DNA of 63,722 nucleotides, the filler included, from Candidatus Omnitrophota bacterium (lineage in GTDB: Bacteria; Omnitrophota; Gorgyraeia; Zapsychrales; Zapsychraceae): the NCBI GenBank assembly GCA_015233495.1. It is 4 parts of 4 records of this genome, joined end to end, with 100 filler letters (N's around TTAATTAATTAA, not from the genome) between each part and the next. Parts side by side here need not be neighbours in the genome. Positions count along the whole stretch, not along the records: positions 1 to 23,700 come from JADFXQ010000025.1; positions 23,801 to 47,478 come from JADFXQ010000026.1; 2 more parts are not named here. One strand, 5' to 3'. Of this stretch, positions 18,136 to 27,862 are shown one piece after another (positions within the stretch are counted from its first letter, which is position 1; each line of letters starts with the position of its first letter). The notes beneath the pieces were generated by a model. The model saw only the letters and a program-made list of their open reading frames with translations. It was not told the DNA's origin and searched no databases. Made by a program: the position numbers and the translations under genes.

Positions 18136-18999
18136 ATGAAAACAAATCAAGACCAACGCATTTTTTCCGCCCTGAATCACGCCATAACCACCTTAGCCGG
18201 AAATCCCCCAATCCTTTTACCGTACATCACCCTGGCCTTTATCCAATTGTTCATTTTAGAAATCTTTTTCTTTTCCCCGCAATTTCCCTTAAGTTTTATT
18301 TTTGGCCCGATCGTGCGCAAACTTTGGGGCGAACAATTCCTGCATTATCCGGTCAATTTTATGCTGTTGCCCCGGATCTGGCAGGCCATTCAAACACCCT
18401 TTTATATTTTTGTCAGCAGTTTTTTCATCTGCTTGTCCTTGACCGCCCTGGTCGCGATCAATGAAGGCCAAACAGTCAAAAAGGAAGACCTTCGTAAAAA
18501 GGCGAGGGGCCTTTATATCCAAGTCCTTGCGGCAGCGTTTTGCGCGTTTCTCTTGCTCTTCTTGATCTTTCAACTTTTTGAACTCGTCCAGAACCGGGCG
18601 GTCCTCATCCGGGCGACCAGCGGCGTCACCTATCTCATCAAACGGATTGTTCTCGACGGCAGCGCCTACTGGGGATTGGCCATCAGCATCGTTGTCACGA
18701 CCATATTCGCGTATATCATTCCCATCATCATTGCGGACAGCCGAAAATTTTTTCCGGCGTTCAAGGCTGGATTAAAAATGCTCGGCCGTTCCTTTTGGTT
18801 CACCTTTGGTCTGATTATTGTCGCTTATCTTTGTTATGTCCCGATCATTTTGTTGCGGCAGTTGAGCCTCGTTTACACCGCGATGCCGGATTTGACTTTG
18901 CTCACCTTGATCTTGAGCATCCTTGTCATGATCGCGATTGACGCGGTCGTTTACACGGCCTTAACGACCTTTTATCTCATGCAAAAGGAAAACCAATGA
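18136..18999 (+). CDS. Multi-pass membrane protein, function unknown
   Basis: Several long hydrophobic segments, RBS GAGGAG, ATGA overlap with the next gene. Confidence 0.75.
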   Translation: MKTNQDQRIFSALNHAITTLAGNPPILLPYITLAFIQLFILEIFFFSPQFPLSFIFGPIVRKLWGEQFLHYPVNFMLLPRIWQAIQTPFYIFVSSFFICLSLTALVAINEGQTVKKEDLRKKARGLYIQVLAAAFCAFLLLFLIFQLFELVQNRAVLIRATSGVTYLIKRIVLDGSAYWGLAISIVVTTIFAYIIPIIIADSRKFFPAFKAGLKMLGRSFWFTFGLIIVAYLCYVPIILLRQLSLVYTAMPDLTLLTLILSILVMIAIDAVVYTALTTFYLMQKENQ

Positions 19000-19883
19000 A
19001 GAAAACCCTGATCCTTTACATCGAAATTCTCGTCGGACTCGGCCTGGTATTGATGGTCTTTAATATCAACGGCGATTATGCCGCGGAAAAACAATTATGG
19101 CGGATCGACCGTGAATTCGCGACGATCGCCCAAGATCCGAAAGCCTCTCCCGACGCCGCGTATGACCGCGTGATCAAAAAATACGAGCATTTCATTAAGC
19201 GTTTCGCTCATTCCCGTCTGCAACCATTGGGCTACATCTTCCTCGGACGCGTCTACTCCACCCACCAGGATTACCGGCATGGCCGTTCAATCTTTGAAAC
19301 CGCGATCGCTCGCAACAAAGACAAATCCACGATCTGCCTCATGGCCCTGTCCGAAATCGGCAAGACCTACGTGTTAGAGCAAAATTTTCCAAAGGTGCTG
19401 GAAACCTATGACCGGGTTTTTAAGAGCTACCCGCAAAGCGATATCGGGTGGCGGGTGCCGTTGTTAAAAGCGTCCATTTACTCGCTGCAAAAAAAAGAAG
19501 ACCTGAAACAACAGACTTTGGCCGACGCTGTCGCGTACTATAAAAGCATGTCGCAAAAAAATAAAAAATCCCTCGTCGGATTTGTCGCTTTGCGTTTCCT
19601 CGCCGAAACCCAGATCATATTAAAACAATGGCAAGACGCCGAAGACACGTTCCGGACCATCCTCATCGAATATCCGGACCCGCAATATCTGACGCCCTCG
19701 TCAGCCGCCTGGATATTGAGGAGCGTCAATGTCATTGCCATCAACGAGCTTAAAAACCCGCAAGTGGCCATGGGGATATACCAGCAATTCATCCAAACTT
19801 ATCCCCGCCATCGGTTGAATAAAACATTGTCTGTCCTGGTCGACACTTTAAAAAATCCGCCAAAAACAAAAACGGCCAAATGA
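18996..19883 (+). CDS. Membrane-anchored tetratricopeptide repeat protein
   Basis: N-terminal TM, repeated helical TPR-like units ending YP. Confidence 0.8.
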   Translation: MKKTLILYIEILVGLGLVLMVFNINGDYAAEKQLWRIDREFATIAQDPKASPDAAYDRVIKKYEHFIKRFAHSRLQPLGYIFLGRVYSTHQDYRHGRSIFETAIARNKDKSTICLMALSEIGKTYVLEQNFPKVLETYDRVFKSYPQSDIGWRVPLLKASIYSLQKKEDLKQQTLADAVAYYKSMSQKNKKSLVGFVALRFLAETQIILKQWQDAEDTFRTILIEYPDPQYLTPSSAAWILRSVNVIAINELKNPQVAMGIYQQFIQTYPRHRLNKTLSVLVDTLKNPPKTKTAK

Positions 19884-19887
19884 TTTT

Positions 19888-21207
19888 ATGACAACGCTAT
19901 CGCCATCGCTCCTTCAAGAATTAAAGCGCACGGCCCTGTTCGAACGGGTCAATGTCATTTGCGGGATCGTCAATTTCGCGACCGACTTCCGCGAACTGCT
20001 CGACCAGTCCTTGCATAAAACCGCCGAACTCTTTAGCGCGGAACGGGGGTCCATTTTCATCACCGACAAAACCGGGAAGAAATTGATCCTGTATTCCGCC
20101 GTGGGCATGCTGTCCGCGGAAACGGAAAAACTGGAAAAGCAGCTGGGAGAAGGGATCATCGGCAAAGTCGCGGTCTTAAAGGCGCCGATCGTGGTCAAAG
20201 ACATTACGGCGGATGCCCGTTTCCGCGGCGTAACGACGAAACAACGCGGTTATAAAACACCGTCGTTTATCTGCGCCCCGCTTTTGCTGAAAGATCAACT
20301 CATCGGCGTCATCAATCTGGCGGACAAACGGTCCTGCGCCTCTTTCTCCGCCGATGAACTGCAATTGATGGATTTCCTCGCCGCCCAGATCGCGCTCAAC
20401 TACCGCCGGATCGAACTTTATCAACAATTCAAAGACGCCCTGGCCGAGACGGAACAGTTAAAAAATAGACTCGGGCAAAGCGACCAAGAAACGTCTTCGC
20501 TTAAAAAACAAATTTTTGTCCAAGAAAAATTCGCGACCATCGGCAAACTGGCCGGCGGCATCGCCCATGAATTCAACAATCCGCTCGACGGAGTCATGCG
20601 CTATACGAACCTCTGCCTCAACCACGCCAATAACGACGACATCCTCCGTAATTATTTATTGGAGATCAAACACGGCCTCGACCGGATGATCGGGATCGTT
20701 CATAATCTCCTGGCCTGTTCGCGCAATGAATTTCCGCAACGAAAAGAAGTCGATTTCAAAGAGGCCTTGGCCTATTCCCTGAGCAGTTTGCAGACCGATA
20801 TTTCCCACAAAAAGATTGCAGTCGATTTGCGTATCCATAATAATATTCCACCGATTCCGGACATGGGTTTAGAACGGATCCTCTCCAATCTCCTGCGCAA
20901 TGCCGTCGACGCCATGGCCGAAAACGGCTGTCTCACCGTTAACGCTGAATACCGCGGCAAACATTTGTTTTTTTCGATCACGGACACGGGATGCGGCATT
21001 GGACCAGAGTTGATCGGCCGCATCTTTGAACCATTTTTCACGACCAAAGATATTTGCAAAGGGTGCGGACTCGGCCTCACGATCGTCGGAGAAATCGTAA
21101 AAAGTTATAACGGCAAGATCAATGTTGAAAGCCGGATCGGGCAGGGGACCACGTTCACCATCAATCTGCCGGTCAACGCCAGGACAGCCCAATATGTTAC
21201 GAACTGA
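19888..21207 (+). CDS. GAF-domain sensor histidine kinase (cytoplasmic)
   Basis: GAF (GEGIIGKVA, APLL, IGVINL), H-box AHEFNNPL, NLLRNA, DTGCG, FFTTK, GLGL. Confidence 0.93.
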   Translation: MTTLSPSLLQELKRTALFERVNVICGIVNFATDFRELLDQSLHKTAELFSAERGSIFITDKTGKKLILYSAVGMLSAETEKLEKQLGEGIIGKVAVLKAPIVVKDITADARFRGVTTKQRGYKTPSFICAPLLLKDQLIGVINLADKRSCASFSADELQLMDFLAAQIALNYRRIELYQQFKDALAETEQLKNRLGQSDQETSSLKKQIFVQEKFATIGKLAGGIAHEFNNPLDGVMRYTNLCLNHANNDDILRNYLLEIKHGLDRMIGIVHNLLACSRNEFPQRKEVDFKEALAYSLSSLQTDISHKKIAVDLRIHNNIPPIPDMGLERILSNLLRNAVDAMAENGCLTVNAEYRGKHLFFSITDTGCGIGPELIGRIFEPFFTTKDICKGCGLGLTIVGEIVKSYNGKINVESRIGQGTTFTINLPVNARTAQYVTN

Positions 21208-22606
21208 AAAACGCGAATTTCAAATCTTGATCGTCGACGATGAACCGTTGATCCGCGAATCCCTTTATGAGATCCTGCGGATCGAGGGCTACGGCGTCCA
21301 GATGACGGCCAACGCGGAAGAGGCCATGGCTTTTTTAAACAGCCACGAGGTGGACATCGTCATCACGGACTATAAACTTCCGACGACAACCGGCCTGGAA
21401 CTGCTGGCGGACATCAAACGCGACTCCCCCAAGACCGAGGTCATCGTGATCACCGGATACGGGTCCATCGGGACAGCGGTCGAGGCCATGAAAAACGGCG
21501 CCTATGATTACATCACCAAGCCGATCGATGACAATGAATTCAAAATCATCATCAGCAAGATCGTCGAGAAACGCAAGATCATCGAGGAAAACGAAGAGCT
21601 CAAGCAAATCCTGGCGCGGGACCGCCGCACCTCTTACGGCGGGTTGATCGGGTCCCATGAAAAGATGCAAAACGTTTACCGGATCATCGATTCGGTCGCC
21701 AGCACCAACGCCACGATCTTGATCTCGGGCGAGAGCGGCACTGGGAAAGGCCTGCTGGCCCGCGCGATCCACGGGGCCGACCAATACCGCAAAGACAAGC
21801 CATTCGTGGAAATCAGTTGCGGCGCGTTGTCGGAAACGCTTTTGGAGAGCGAGTTGTTCGGCCATATCAAAGGCGCGTTTACCGGCGCCATCAAAGACAA
21901 AGAGGGGCGGTTTGAATTCGCGAAAGGGGGGACCGTTTTTCTCGACGAGATTGATGCCTTTTCGCCCAACCTCCAGGTGAAACTTTTGCGCGTTCTTCAA
22001 GATGGCGTCTTTGAACGGGTCGGAGACAACATCACCCGGAAAGCTGAAGCGCGGATCGTCGTTGCCACGAATCAACAATTGACGGAACTCGTCGAGCGGG
22101 GGAAATTCCGCGAAGACCCTTATTACCGCATCAACGTGATTTCCATCCACATACCGCCGTTGCGCGAACGGAAATCCGACATCGACGCGCTGGTCAGTTC
22201 ATTTATTGCCCATTGCAATGCCGTCAACAAAAAACAAGTCACCGGCATTTCCGAAAAAGTCCGAGAGATGTTCCTCCAATACGACTGGCCGGGAAATATC
22301 CGCGAACTGGAAAATGCCGTCGAGGGCGCCCTGATCATGACCCGCGACGCGGTCATCAATGAATGGGACATCCCGAACCTTTCCAAATTCACCGCCCACC
22401 AGTCCCTGTCTAAAAAGCGGAGCGAATATCTGGCAACGACATTATTAAAAAAAGTGGTGGAAGAACCGGAAAAAGAACACATCCTCGCCGTGTTGGAAAA
22501 ATGCGGTTGGAACCGGAGTCATGCCGCCGTCGCCTTGGGCGTCAACCGCACGACGCTCTACAATAAAATGAAAAAATATAACATCACGAAAGAAACGCAT
22601 GCCTGA
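21194..22606 (+). CDS. Sigma54-dependent response regulator (NtrC/AtoC-type)
   Basis: Receiver domain (VDDE, TD, KP), GESGTGK, GAFTGA, FLDEI, WPGNIRELEN, Fis-type HTH (LGVNRTTLYNKMKKY). Confidence 0.95.
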   Translation: MLRTEKREFQILIVDDEPLIRESLYEILRIEGYGVQMTANAEEAMAFLNSHEVDIVITDYKLPTTTGLELLADIKRDSPKTEVIVITGYGSIGTAVEAMKNGAYDYITKPIDDNEFKIIISKIVEKRKIIEENEELKQILARDRRTSYGGLIGSHEKMQNVYRIIDSVASTNATILISGESGTGKGLLARAIHGADQYRKDKPFVEISCGALSETLLESELFGHIKGAFTGAIKDKEGRFEFAKGGTVFLDEIDAFSPNLQVKLLRVLQDGVFERVGDNITRKAEARIVVATNQQLTELVERGKFREDPYYRINVISIHIPPLRERKSDIDALVSSFIAHCNAVNKKQVTGISEKVREMFLQYDWPGNIRELENAVEGALIMTRDAVINEWDIPNLSKFTAHQSLSKKRSEYLATTLLKKVVEEPEKEHILAVLEKCGWNRSHAAVALGVNRTTLYNKMKKYNITKETHA

Positions 22607-23513
22607 ACTTTTTAAAAATCCCTGCTGGCAGATCCTGTATCATTTGCGCGACGTATTAAAAATTAATATCTGCGTCGTGGCGGTCGACGGTCAGATCATG
22701 GTCGCGCCGGACAAAGAACGCTGGGGCGGCCGGTTCCTGACAGACCCTCATCTGCGTTTTGACCCGCCGCTGGGCTTAGATTATTTCCGGATGTTCCGGC
22801 CTTATGGCCGATATCTCGAGACTGTCCGACGGTATGACCTGTCTTGTTTTGCGGCGCCGATCCATTGGGACACCATCACCGTGGGCCATATCATTCTCGG
22901 CCCGGTCATTTTGACTCAGCGTGTTGAGCCGGAGATTTATCGGCGCATGGCGGAAACCTCCGGCGCTGATTTGAATTTGCTGCTGCAGGAGATGAACACC
23001 ATCCGCACGGTTTCCCATTTGATGATCAATTCCATCTTGGAGCTGATCGACTGTATCATGCAAAATAATATCCGTTTGATCCAACAGGCGGAACAGTTGA
23101 TCGACGCTGATGAAAAAATTTTAGGGCAGATTTTAAAAATGATCGTCCAGATGACCGGCGCCGAATCCGGGTCTCTGATGCTGGCCGATCATAACGGGGA
23201 AGAGCTCACGGTCAAAGCGGCGACCGGATACGGTTACAGTTCGAACATCATCGGGCAAAAGACCAAGATTGGGGAAAGCTTGTCCGGATTTGTGGCGCGC
23301 GATAAAAAAACACTGACTTTGTCGCCGGGAAAAATCGATCATCGTGTTGCCCATTTTCTGAAAAGAAAAGAGATCAAACACGCCGTCATTGAGCCGATCA
23401 TCAAAAACCAACAGATCCGCGGCGTGTTGAACCTCCACACTCGCAATATCAACAATCCCATCGAAAAAAATCTCGACCTGATCCACACCGCTTCGCATCT
23501 TTTAGCTTTTTAA
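22599..23513 (+). CDS. PocR-like ligand-binding domain + GAF protein, no output domain
   Basis: FAAPI…VGHIILGPV (PocR-like). C-terminal GAF (GSLML, IGESLSGFVA, GVLNL). Confidence 0.7.
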   Translation: MPELFKNPCWQILYHLRDVLKINICVVAVDGQIMVAPDKERWGGRFLTDPHLRFDPPLGLDYFRMFRPYGRYLETVRRYDLSCFAAPIHWDTITVGHIILGPVILTQRVEPEIYRRMAETSGADLNLLLQEMNTIRTVSHLMINSILELIDCIMQNNIRLIQQAEQLIDADEKILGQILKMIVQMTGAESGSLMLADHNGEELTVKAATGYGYSSNIIGQKTKIGESLSGFVARDKKTLTLSPGKIDHRVAHFLKRKEIKHAVIEPIIKNQQIRGVLNLHTRNINNPIEKNLDLIHTASHLLAF

Positions 23514-23545
23514 AAGCCAAACGGATTTATGAGAATAATAAAAAA

Positions 23546-23700
23546 GGTTCCTTGAAATTTTGAGTGGGTTGTTCCGGTTAGGGCCGGCACGGGGGCAGGT
23601 CCGCGGCGAGTTGCGCAGCCGCCCCGGCTTCATCTGTTATATTTAGAAAAGCCGGGCGAGCGAGGACTGTTTGAGCCCCGGGCCTGTCCCCGTGCCGGCC
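23546..23700. mobile_element. MITE-like element, copy 2 (truncated by contig end)
   Basis: GGTTCCTTGAAATTTTGAGTGGGTTG terminus, and core CGGCTTCATCTGTTATATTTAGAAAAGCCGGGCGAGCGAGGACTG… shared with copy 1. Confidence 0.75.
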
Positions 23701-23800
23701 NNNNNNNNNNNNNNNNNNNNNNNNNNNNNNNNNNNNNNNNNNNNTTAATTAATTAANNNNNNNNNNNNNNNNNNNNNNNNNNNNNNNNNNNNNNNNNNNN
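23701..23800. other. Artificial contig spacer
   Basis: N44-TTAATTAATTAA-N44 (six-frame stop linker). Confidence 0.97.
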
Positions 23801-23925
23801 CCTATATGACCCCGGCAAAATGCTTCATATCGAGCCCGGAGCTCCTCAAAGATATCGGCTTTGATGATTAAAATTTTTTTCGCCCCCCCAGGGAATAGGG
23901 GGTAAGGATCTATGGTATCATTCCC
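23801..23925 (-). mobile_element. Probable other end of the IS whose copies end at 47358 and 63598
   Basis: The minus strand from 23925 reads GGGAATGATACC-ATAGATCCTTACCCCCT, versus GGGAACGGTCA-ATAGATCCTTACCCCCT at 47358 and 63598. Confidence 0.65.
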
Positions 23926-23981
23926 ACGATCCCCGGAAATAAATCGAGCATAAATCCTCAACGGATGATAAAATTTATTGT

Positions 23982-24902
23982 ATGATTAATTCTTCTTCCC
24001 TTAATCCCCCTCGCAAAGATACTATACCGCCGGTTTATATAAGCGGGGAAGGCGCGAAAACAAAATCCGGCGTATCTGCGGTTGATGCTTTGTTGTCCTG
24101 CAGTCATTGTTGCACCCGTATTGAAGGGATCAGCGTTTCTTACGGGAATTATCAAGCGCTGGACAATGTTGATATTCATTTAAATTGCCGGGAATTGGTC
24201 GCAGTGATCGGTCCGAATGGTGCGGGGAAGACTACGCTTTTACGGGCGATTTTGGGTGAAATTCCGCATAAAGGGACTATGCGGTTTCAATTTCAGGGCA
24301 AGCCCAGCGTCAAACCGCGTATTGGTTATGTGCCGCAGAAATTGCACGTTGATGATGATGCGCCGATCAGTGTCCTTGATTTTATGACCATGGGATTGTA
24401 CGGCAGTTCGGTTCGGCGGGGGAGTAATTTGCAATTGAAAGCGAAAATCAACAGCAGTTTGGGGCTGGTGTCTGCAGCGCATTTGGTGAGTAAACGGCTG
24501 TGCGAATTGTCCGGCGGCGAAATCCAGCGCGTTCTGCTGGCCCTCGCCTTGATTCCCACTCCGGACTTGCTTTTATTGGATGAGCCGGGTTCGGGAGTCG
24601 ATGTCAATGGCTTGAAATTGTTTTATCAGATCGTCGGTAATTTGCGCAAAACCCATGACGTTTCTATACTTTTAGTCACGCATGACCTGATGGGCATTGG
24701 ACAGCACGCTGACCGGATTGTTTTGCTGAACCGTTCGGTGCTGGCCCAGGGCGCGCCGCAAGTCATACTTACGGATGAGAAATTGATTCAGGTTTTTGGC
24801 CCGAGTTTATGGGGCGCGGCCGGACTGGCGATATCCGCGGCAGAACCGAACTTTGCTTTAGCCGCGGGGCCGGAGAAACGATTAAAAAAGGCCGGGCCAT
24901 GA
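23982..24902 (+). CDS. Metal (Zn/Mn) ABC transporter ATP-binding protein (ZnuC-like)
   Basis: GPNGAGKTT, IGYVPQK, LSGGEIQR, LLDEP, VTHD. N-terminal CSHCC. Start uncertain. Confidence 0.88.
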   Translation: MINSSSLNPPRKDTIPPVYISGEGAKTKSGVSAVDALLSCSHCCTRIEGISVSYGNYQALDNVDIHLNCRELVAVIGPNGAGKTTLLRAILGEIPHKGTMRFQFQGKPSVKPRIGYVPQKLHVDDDAPISVLDFMTMGLYGSSVRRGSNLQLKAKINSSLGLVSAAHLVSKRLCELSGGEIQRVLLALALIPTPDLLLLDEPGSGVDVNGLKLFYQIVGNLRKTHDVSILLVTHDLMGIGQHADRIVLLNRSVLAQGAPQVILTDEKLIQVFGPSLWGAAGLAISAAEPNFALAAGPEKRLKKAGP

Positions 24903-25738
24903 TCGATATCTGGTATCTGCTTGTGCAAGCCGTGTGTCCTTGGGATTGGGCGCGTTACGCGTTTATGAAGAACGCGTTATTAGCGGTATTGATGATTGCT
25001 CCGGTTTTCGCCTTGCTGGGCACGCTGGTCGTCAACAACCGCATGGCCTTTTTTTCCGACGTGCTGGGACATTCCGCTTTAACCGGGGTGGCGATCGGCG
25101 TGGTTTTGGGGTTTGCGGATCCGTTTTGGCCGATGCTGATTTTCGCGGTATTGTTAGCGGCGGCTTTTAATTTTTTAAAGAAATTGACCAAGGCCGGCGC
25201 GGATACGATTCTCGGGGTTTTTCTTTCGTTTGTCACGGCTTTGGGGATTGTTTTATTGAGCCGGGGGGGAGGGTTCGCGAAATTCACGTCCTATTTAATC
25301 GGCGATATTCTGGCGGTGTCTGCGGCGGATACGGCATGGCTCGGGGTTTTATTTTTTATAGTTTGGGTTTACTGGTTTTTATTTAGCAGCCGCTTGGCGT
25401 TTAGCAGTGTCAGTCCGGTTTTGGCCCGCAGCCGGGGGGTGAATGTTTTTTATTTGGAGATGGGTTTTACCATGCTGATCGCGGTGGTTGTCGCGTCCAG
25501 CATTCGTCTCGTCGGTATTTTAATGATCAACGCCTTGTTGATTTTACCCGCGGCAGCTTCGCGTAACTTCGCACGCAATATGGCTGGTTACACGGCCGGC
25601 GCGGTTGTCATCAGTTTAATTTCCGGGATCGCCGGACTTATTGCTTCCTACTATTGGGCCACCGCTTCCGGCGCGACCATTGTGCTCTTCGCGGTAATGT
25701 TTTATGCGATCGCCGCTTTGCTAAGCGCAAAACGATAA
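24899..25738 (+). CDS. Metal ABC transporter permease (ZnuB-like)
   Basis: FFSDVLGHSALTG, YLIGDIL, VGILMINALLILPAA, SGATIV. Confidence 0.9.
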   Translation: MIDIWYLLVQAVCPWDWARYAFMKNALLAVLMIAPVFALLGTLVVNNRMAFFSDVLGHSALTGVAIGVVLGFADPFWPMLIFAVLLAAAFNFLKKLTKAGADTILGVFLSFVTALGIVLLSRGGGFAKFTSYLIGDILAVSAADTAWLGVLFFIVWVYWFLFSSRLAFSSVSPVLARSRGVNVFYLEMGFTMLIAVVVASSIRLVGILMINALLILPAAASRNFARNMAGYTAGAVVISLISGIAGLIASYYWATASGATIVLFAVMFYAIAALLSAKR

Positions 25739-25770
25739 TATTATTCCGATCATTAGAGGAGGGAAGCATT

Positions 25771-26814
25771 ATGTATCCGGTAAAGTCTTATGCCGCGGCG
25801 AGCGCGGCGAGCGATTTGGAGCCTTATGAATTTTCTCGACGTGATTTTAAGCCCCATGACGTTTTGATCGACATTCACTTTTGCGGGATTTGCCACTCGG
25901 ACATTCATCAGGTCCGCAATGAGTGGGGGCATTCGATGTATCCGATGGTGCCTGGTCATGAAATTGTCGGATTGGTCGCGGCCCTTGGCAAGCAGGTCAA
26001 AGCGTATAAGATCGGCGACAAAGTGGGGGTGGGATGTTTGGTGGATTCCTGCCGAGAATGTCCGGAATGCAAAGAAGGGTATGAACAATTTTGCGTGCAT
26101 CCGGTATTCACATATAACAGTTATGAAAAAGACGGCAAGACCTTGGCCCAGGGCGGTTATTCGACCCGCATTGTTGTCGACGAGAATTTTGTATTGCGTT
26201 TGCCGGCCGCCTTGCCCATGGACGCTACCGCGCCTTTATTGTGCGCCGGGATCACGACCTATTCGCCCCTGCGGCATTGGAAAACGGGCCCGGGCAAAAA
26301 AGTCGGGATCATGGGATTGGGCGGGCTGGGGCATATGGCGGTCAAGATCGCAAAAGCTATGGGCGCGGATGTCGCGGTAATCAGCCGGTCCCGGAATAAG
26401 GAAGCGGATGCTAAGCGTTTGGGGGCTGACCATTATTATGCGACTGCGGAACCGGGAACGTTTGAAAAATTGGCGAAGACATTTGATTTGATCATTTGCA
26501 CAGTGTCAGTTGATTTGGATTGGAATCAGTATCTGCAACTGCTTAAGCGCGACGGGACCATGGTCTTGTTGGGTGTGCCGCCCAAAGCCTCGCCAGTGTC
26601 GGCTGGCAGTTTGATTTTTGGTCGGCATAGTCTCGTCGGTTCCCTGATCGGCGGCATCAAAGAAACTCAAGAGATGCTCGATTTTTGCGGCAAGCATGGT
26701 ATTGTATCGGAGATCGAGCTGATTCCAATTCAGATGGCCCAGGAATCCTATGAGCGCGTGATCAAAGGCGATGTCAAGTTTAGGTTTGTCATAGACATGA
26801 AGTCGTTGAAATAG
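25771..26814 (+). CDS. Zn-dependent NAD(P)H alcohol/aldehyde dehydrogenase (cinnamyl-ADH/YahK-like)
   Basis: CGICHSD, PGHEIVG, CxxCxxC…C, APLLCAGITTYSPL, GLGGLG, RFVID. Confidence 0.95.
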   Translation: MYPVKSYAAASAASDLEPYEFSRRDFKPHDVLIDIHFCGICHSDIHQVRNEWGHSMYPMVPGHEIVGLVAALGKQVKAYKIGDKVGVGCLVDSCRECPECKEGYEQFCVHPVFTYNSYEKDGKTLAQGGYSTRIVVDENFVLRLPAALPMDATAPLLCAGITTYSPLRHWKTGPGKKVGIMGLGGLGHMAVKIAKAMGADVAVISRSRNKEADAKRLGADHYYATAEPGTFEKLAKTFDLIICTVSVDLDWNQYLQLLKRDGTMVLLGVPPKASPVSAGSLIFGRHSLVGSLIGGIKETQEMLDFCGKHGIVSEIELIPIQMAQESYERVIKGDVKFRFVIDMKSLK

Positions 26815-26931
26815 TGTAATTGTTTCAATTGTAGGGGCGCCCCACCAGTTGGGCACCGGTTGCCGTGTCGCGGTTTCCATTATTTGTGTCACCAAATTAT
26901 TCATCGAATAAACAATCAAAGGAGTCAGGCC

Positions 26932-27213
26932 GTGGTTAAAGTGAACGAGTATTTCGAAGGGAAAGTCAAATCATTGGTCGTCGACGCACCGGACGGCCGT
27001 AAAACCGTGGGCGTCATGGAGCCGGGCGAGTATGAATTTGCGACCGAAACCAAGGAAATTATGACCGTGATCGTCGGGACGATTTCGGTCTTTTTTCCGG
27101 AAGATAATGATTGGGAAGATTTTGCCGCGGGCGCATCCTTTGATATCCCGGCGAAATCCAAATTGAGAGTCAAGGTCAGTGAGGATACAGCCTATCTTTG
27201 CTTATATGAATAA
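26932..27213 (+). CDS. ppnP: Pyrimidine/purine nucleoside phosphorylase (DUF1255)
   Basis: VNEYFEGKVKS, TVGVMEPGEYEF, YLC. GTG start with RBS AAGGAG. Confidence 0.9.
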   Translation: MVKVNEYFEGKVKSLVVDAPDGRKTVGVMEPGEYEFATETKEIMTVIVGTISVFFPEDNDWEDFAAGASFDIPAKSKLRVKVSEDTAYLCLYE

Positions 27214-27277
27214 CGGCAAGTTGGTGGATGATCAAAGAAAATCTCACCCTCTGGAACGAGGATATTGGTGTTGACCC

Positions 27278-27565
27278 ATGACCCAGCGCCCGGCCGTCAT
27301 TAAACACAAAGGCCCGTTTTTTGTTTATATGGTCCGTTGCAGCCGCGGCACCTTGTATACGGGCTACACCAATGATTTGGACAATCGTCTTAAACTGCAT
27401 AATTCCGGACGCGGCGCGAAATATCTGCGGGGCAGGGCGCCGGTCCGGCTTGTCTATCTCAAGAAATATCGAATTTATCAATCCGCTCTGGCCGCCGAGC
27501 GGGAAATTAAAAAACTGACCCGGCCGCAAAAGGAGCAGTTGATTATGGGGACACATAGATCATGA
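27278..27565 (+). CDS. GIY-YIG nuclease (UPF0213/YhbQ-like)
   Basis: FVYMV…LYTGYTNDLDNRLKLHNSGRGAKY, AEREIKKL. Confidence 0.9.
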   Translation: MTQRPAVIKHKGPFFVYMVRCSRGTLYTGYTNDLDNRLKLHNSGRGAKYLRGRAPVRLVYLKKYRIYQSALAAEREIKKLTRPQKEQLIMGTHRS

Positions 27566-27587
27566 TCAATTATTCGTATTTTTTTAT

Positions 27588-27808
27588 GTCTCTTTGAAGT
27601 TTTGAATGGGTAAGTAATGCTAAAAGAAATTTTTTCTGCCACGGGTTATTTTGGCCGTCTGCTTCGGTTTACGGCGAGCTTTCTTACGCGAACTTATAAC
27701 GCGGAAAGCTCGCCGTAAAGCCTCGCAGACTTTTGGCCAAAAAACCCTTATTGTGGCGGAAAAAAATTTCTTTTAGCATTACTTACCCATTCAAAACTCG
27801 AAAGAACC
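27588..27808. mobile_element. MITE-like long-hairpin element, divergent copy 3
   Basis: Arms AGTTTTGAATGGGTAAGTAATGCTAAAAGAAATTTTTT and its reverse complement, with nested stems. Termini GTCTCTTT…/…AAAGAACC resemble copy 1. Confidence 0.7.
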
Positions 27809-27862
27809 TTTTTTATTTTATATTTTCGCGCATATAAAGAGGCTCGCTAAACAACAGGAGAA

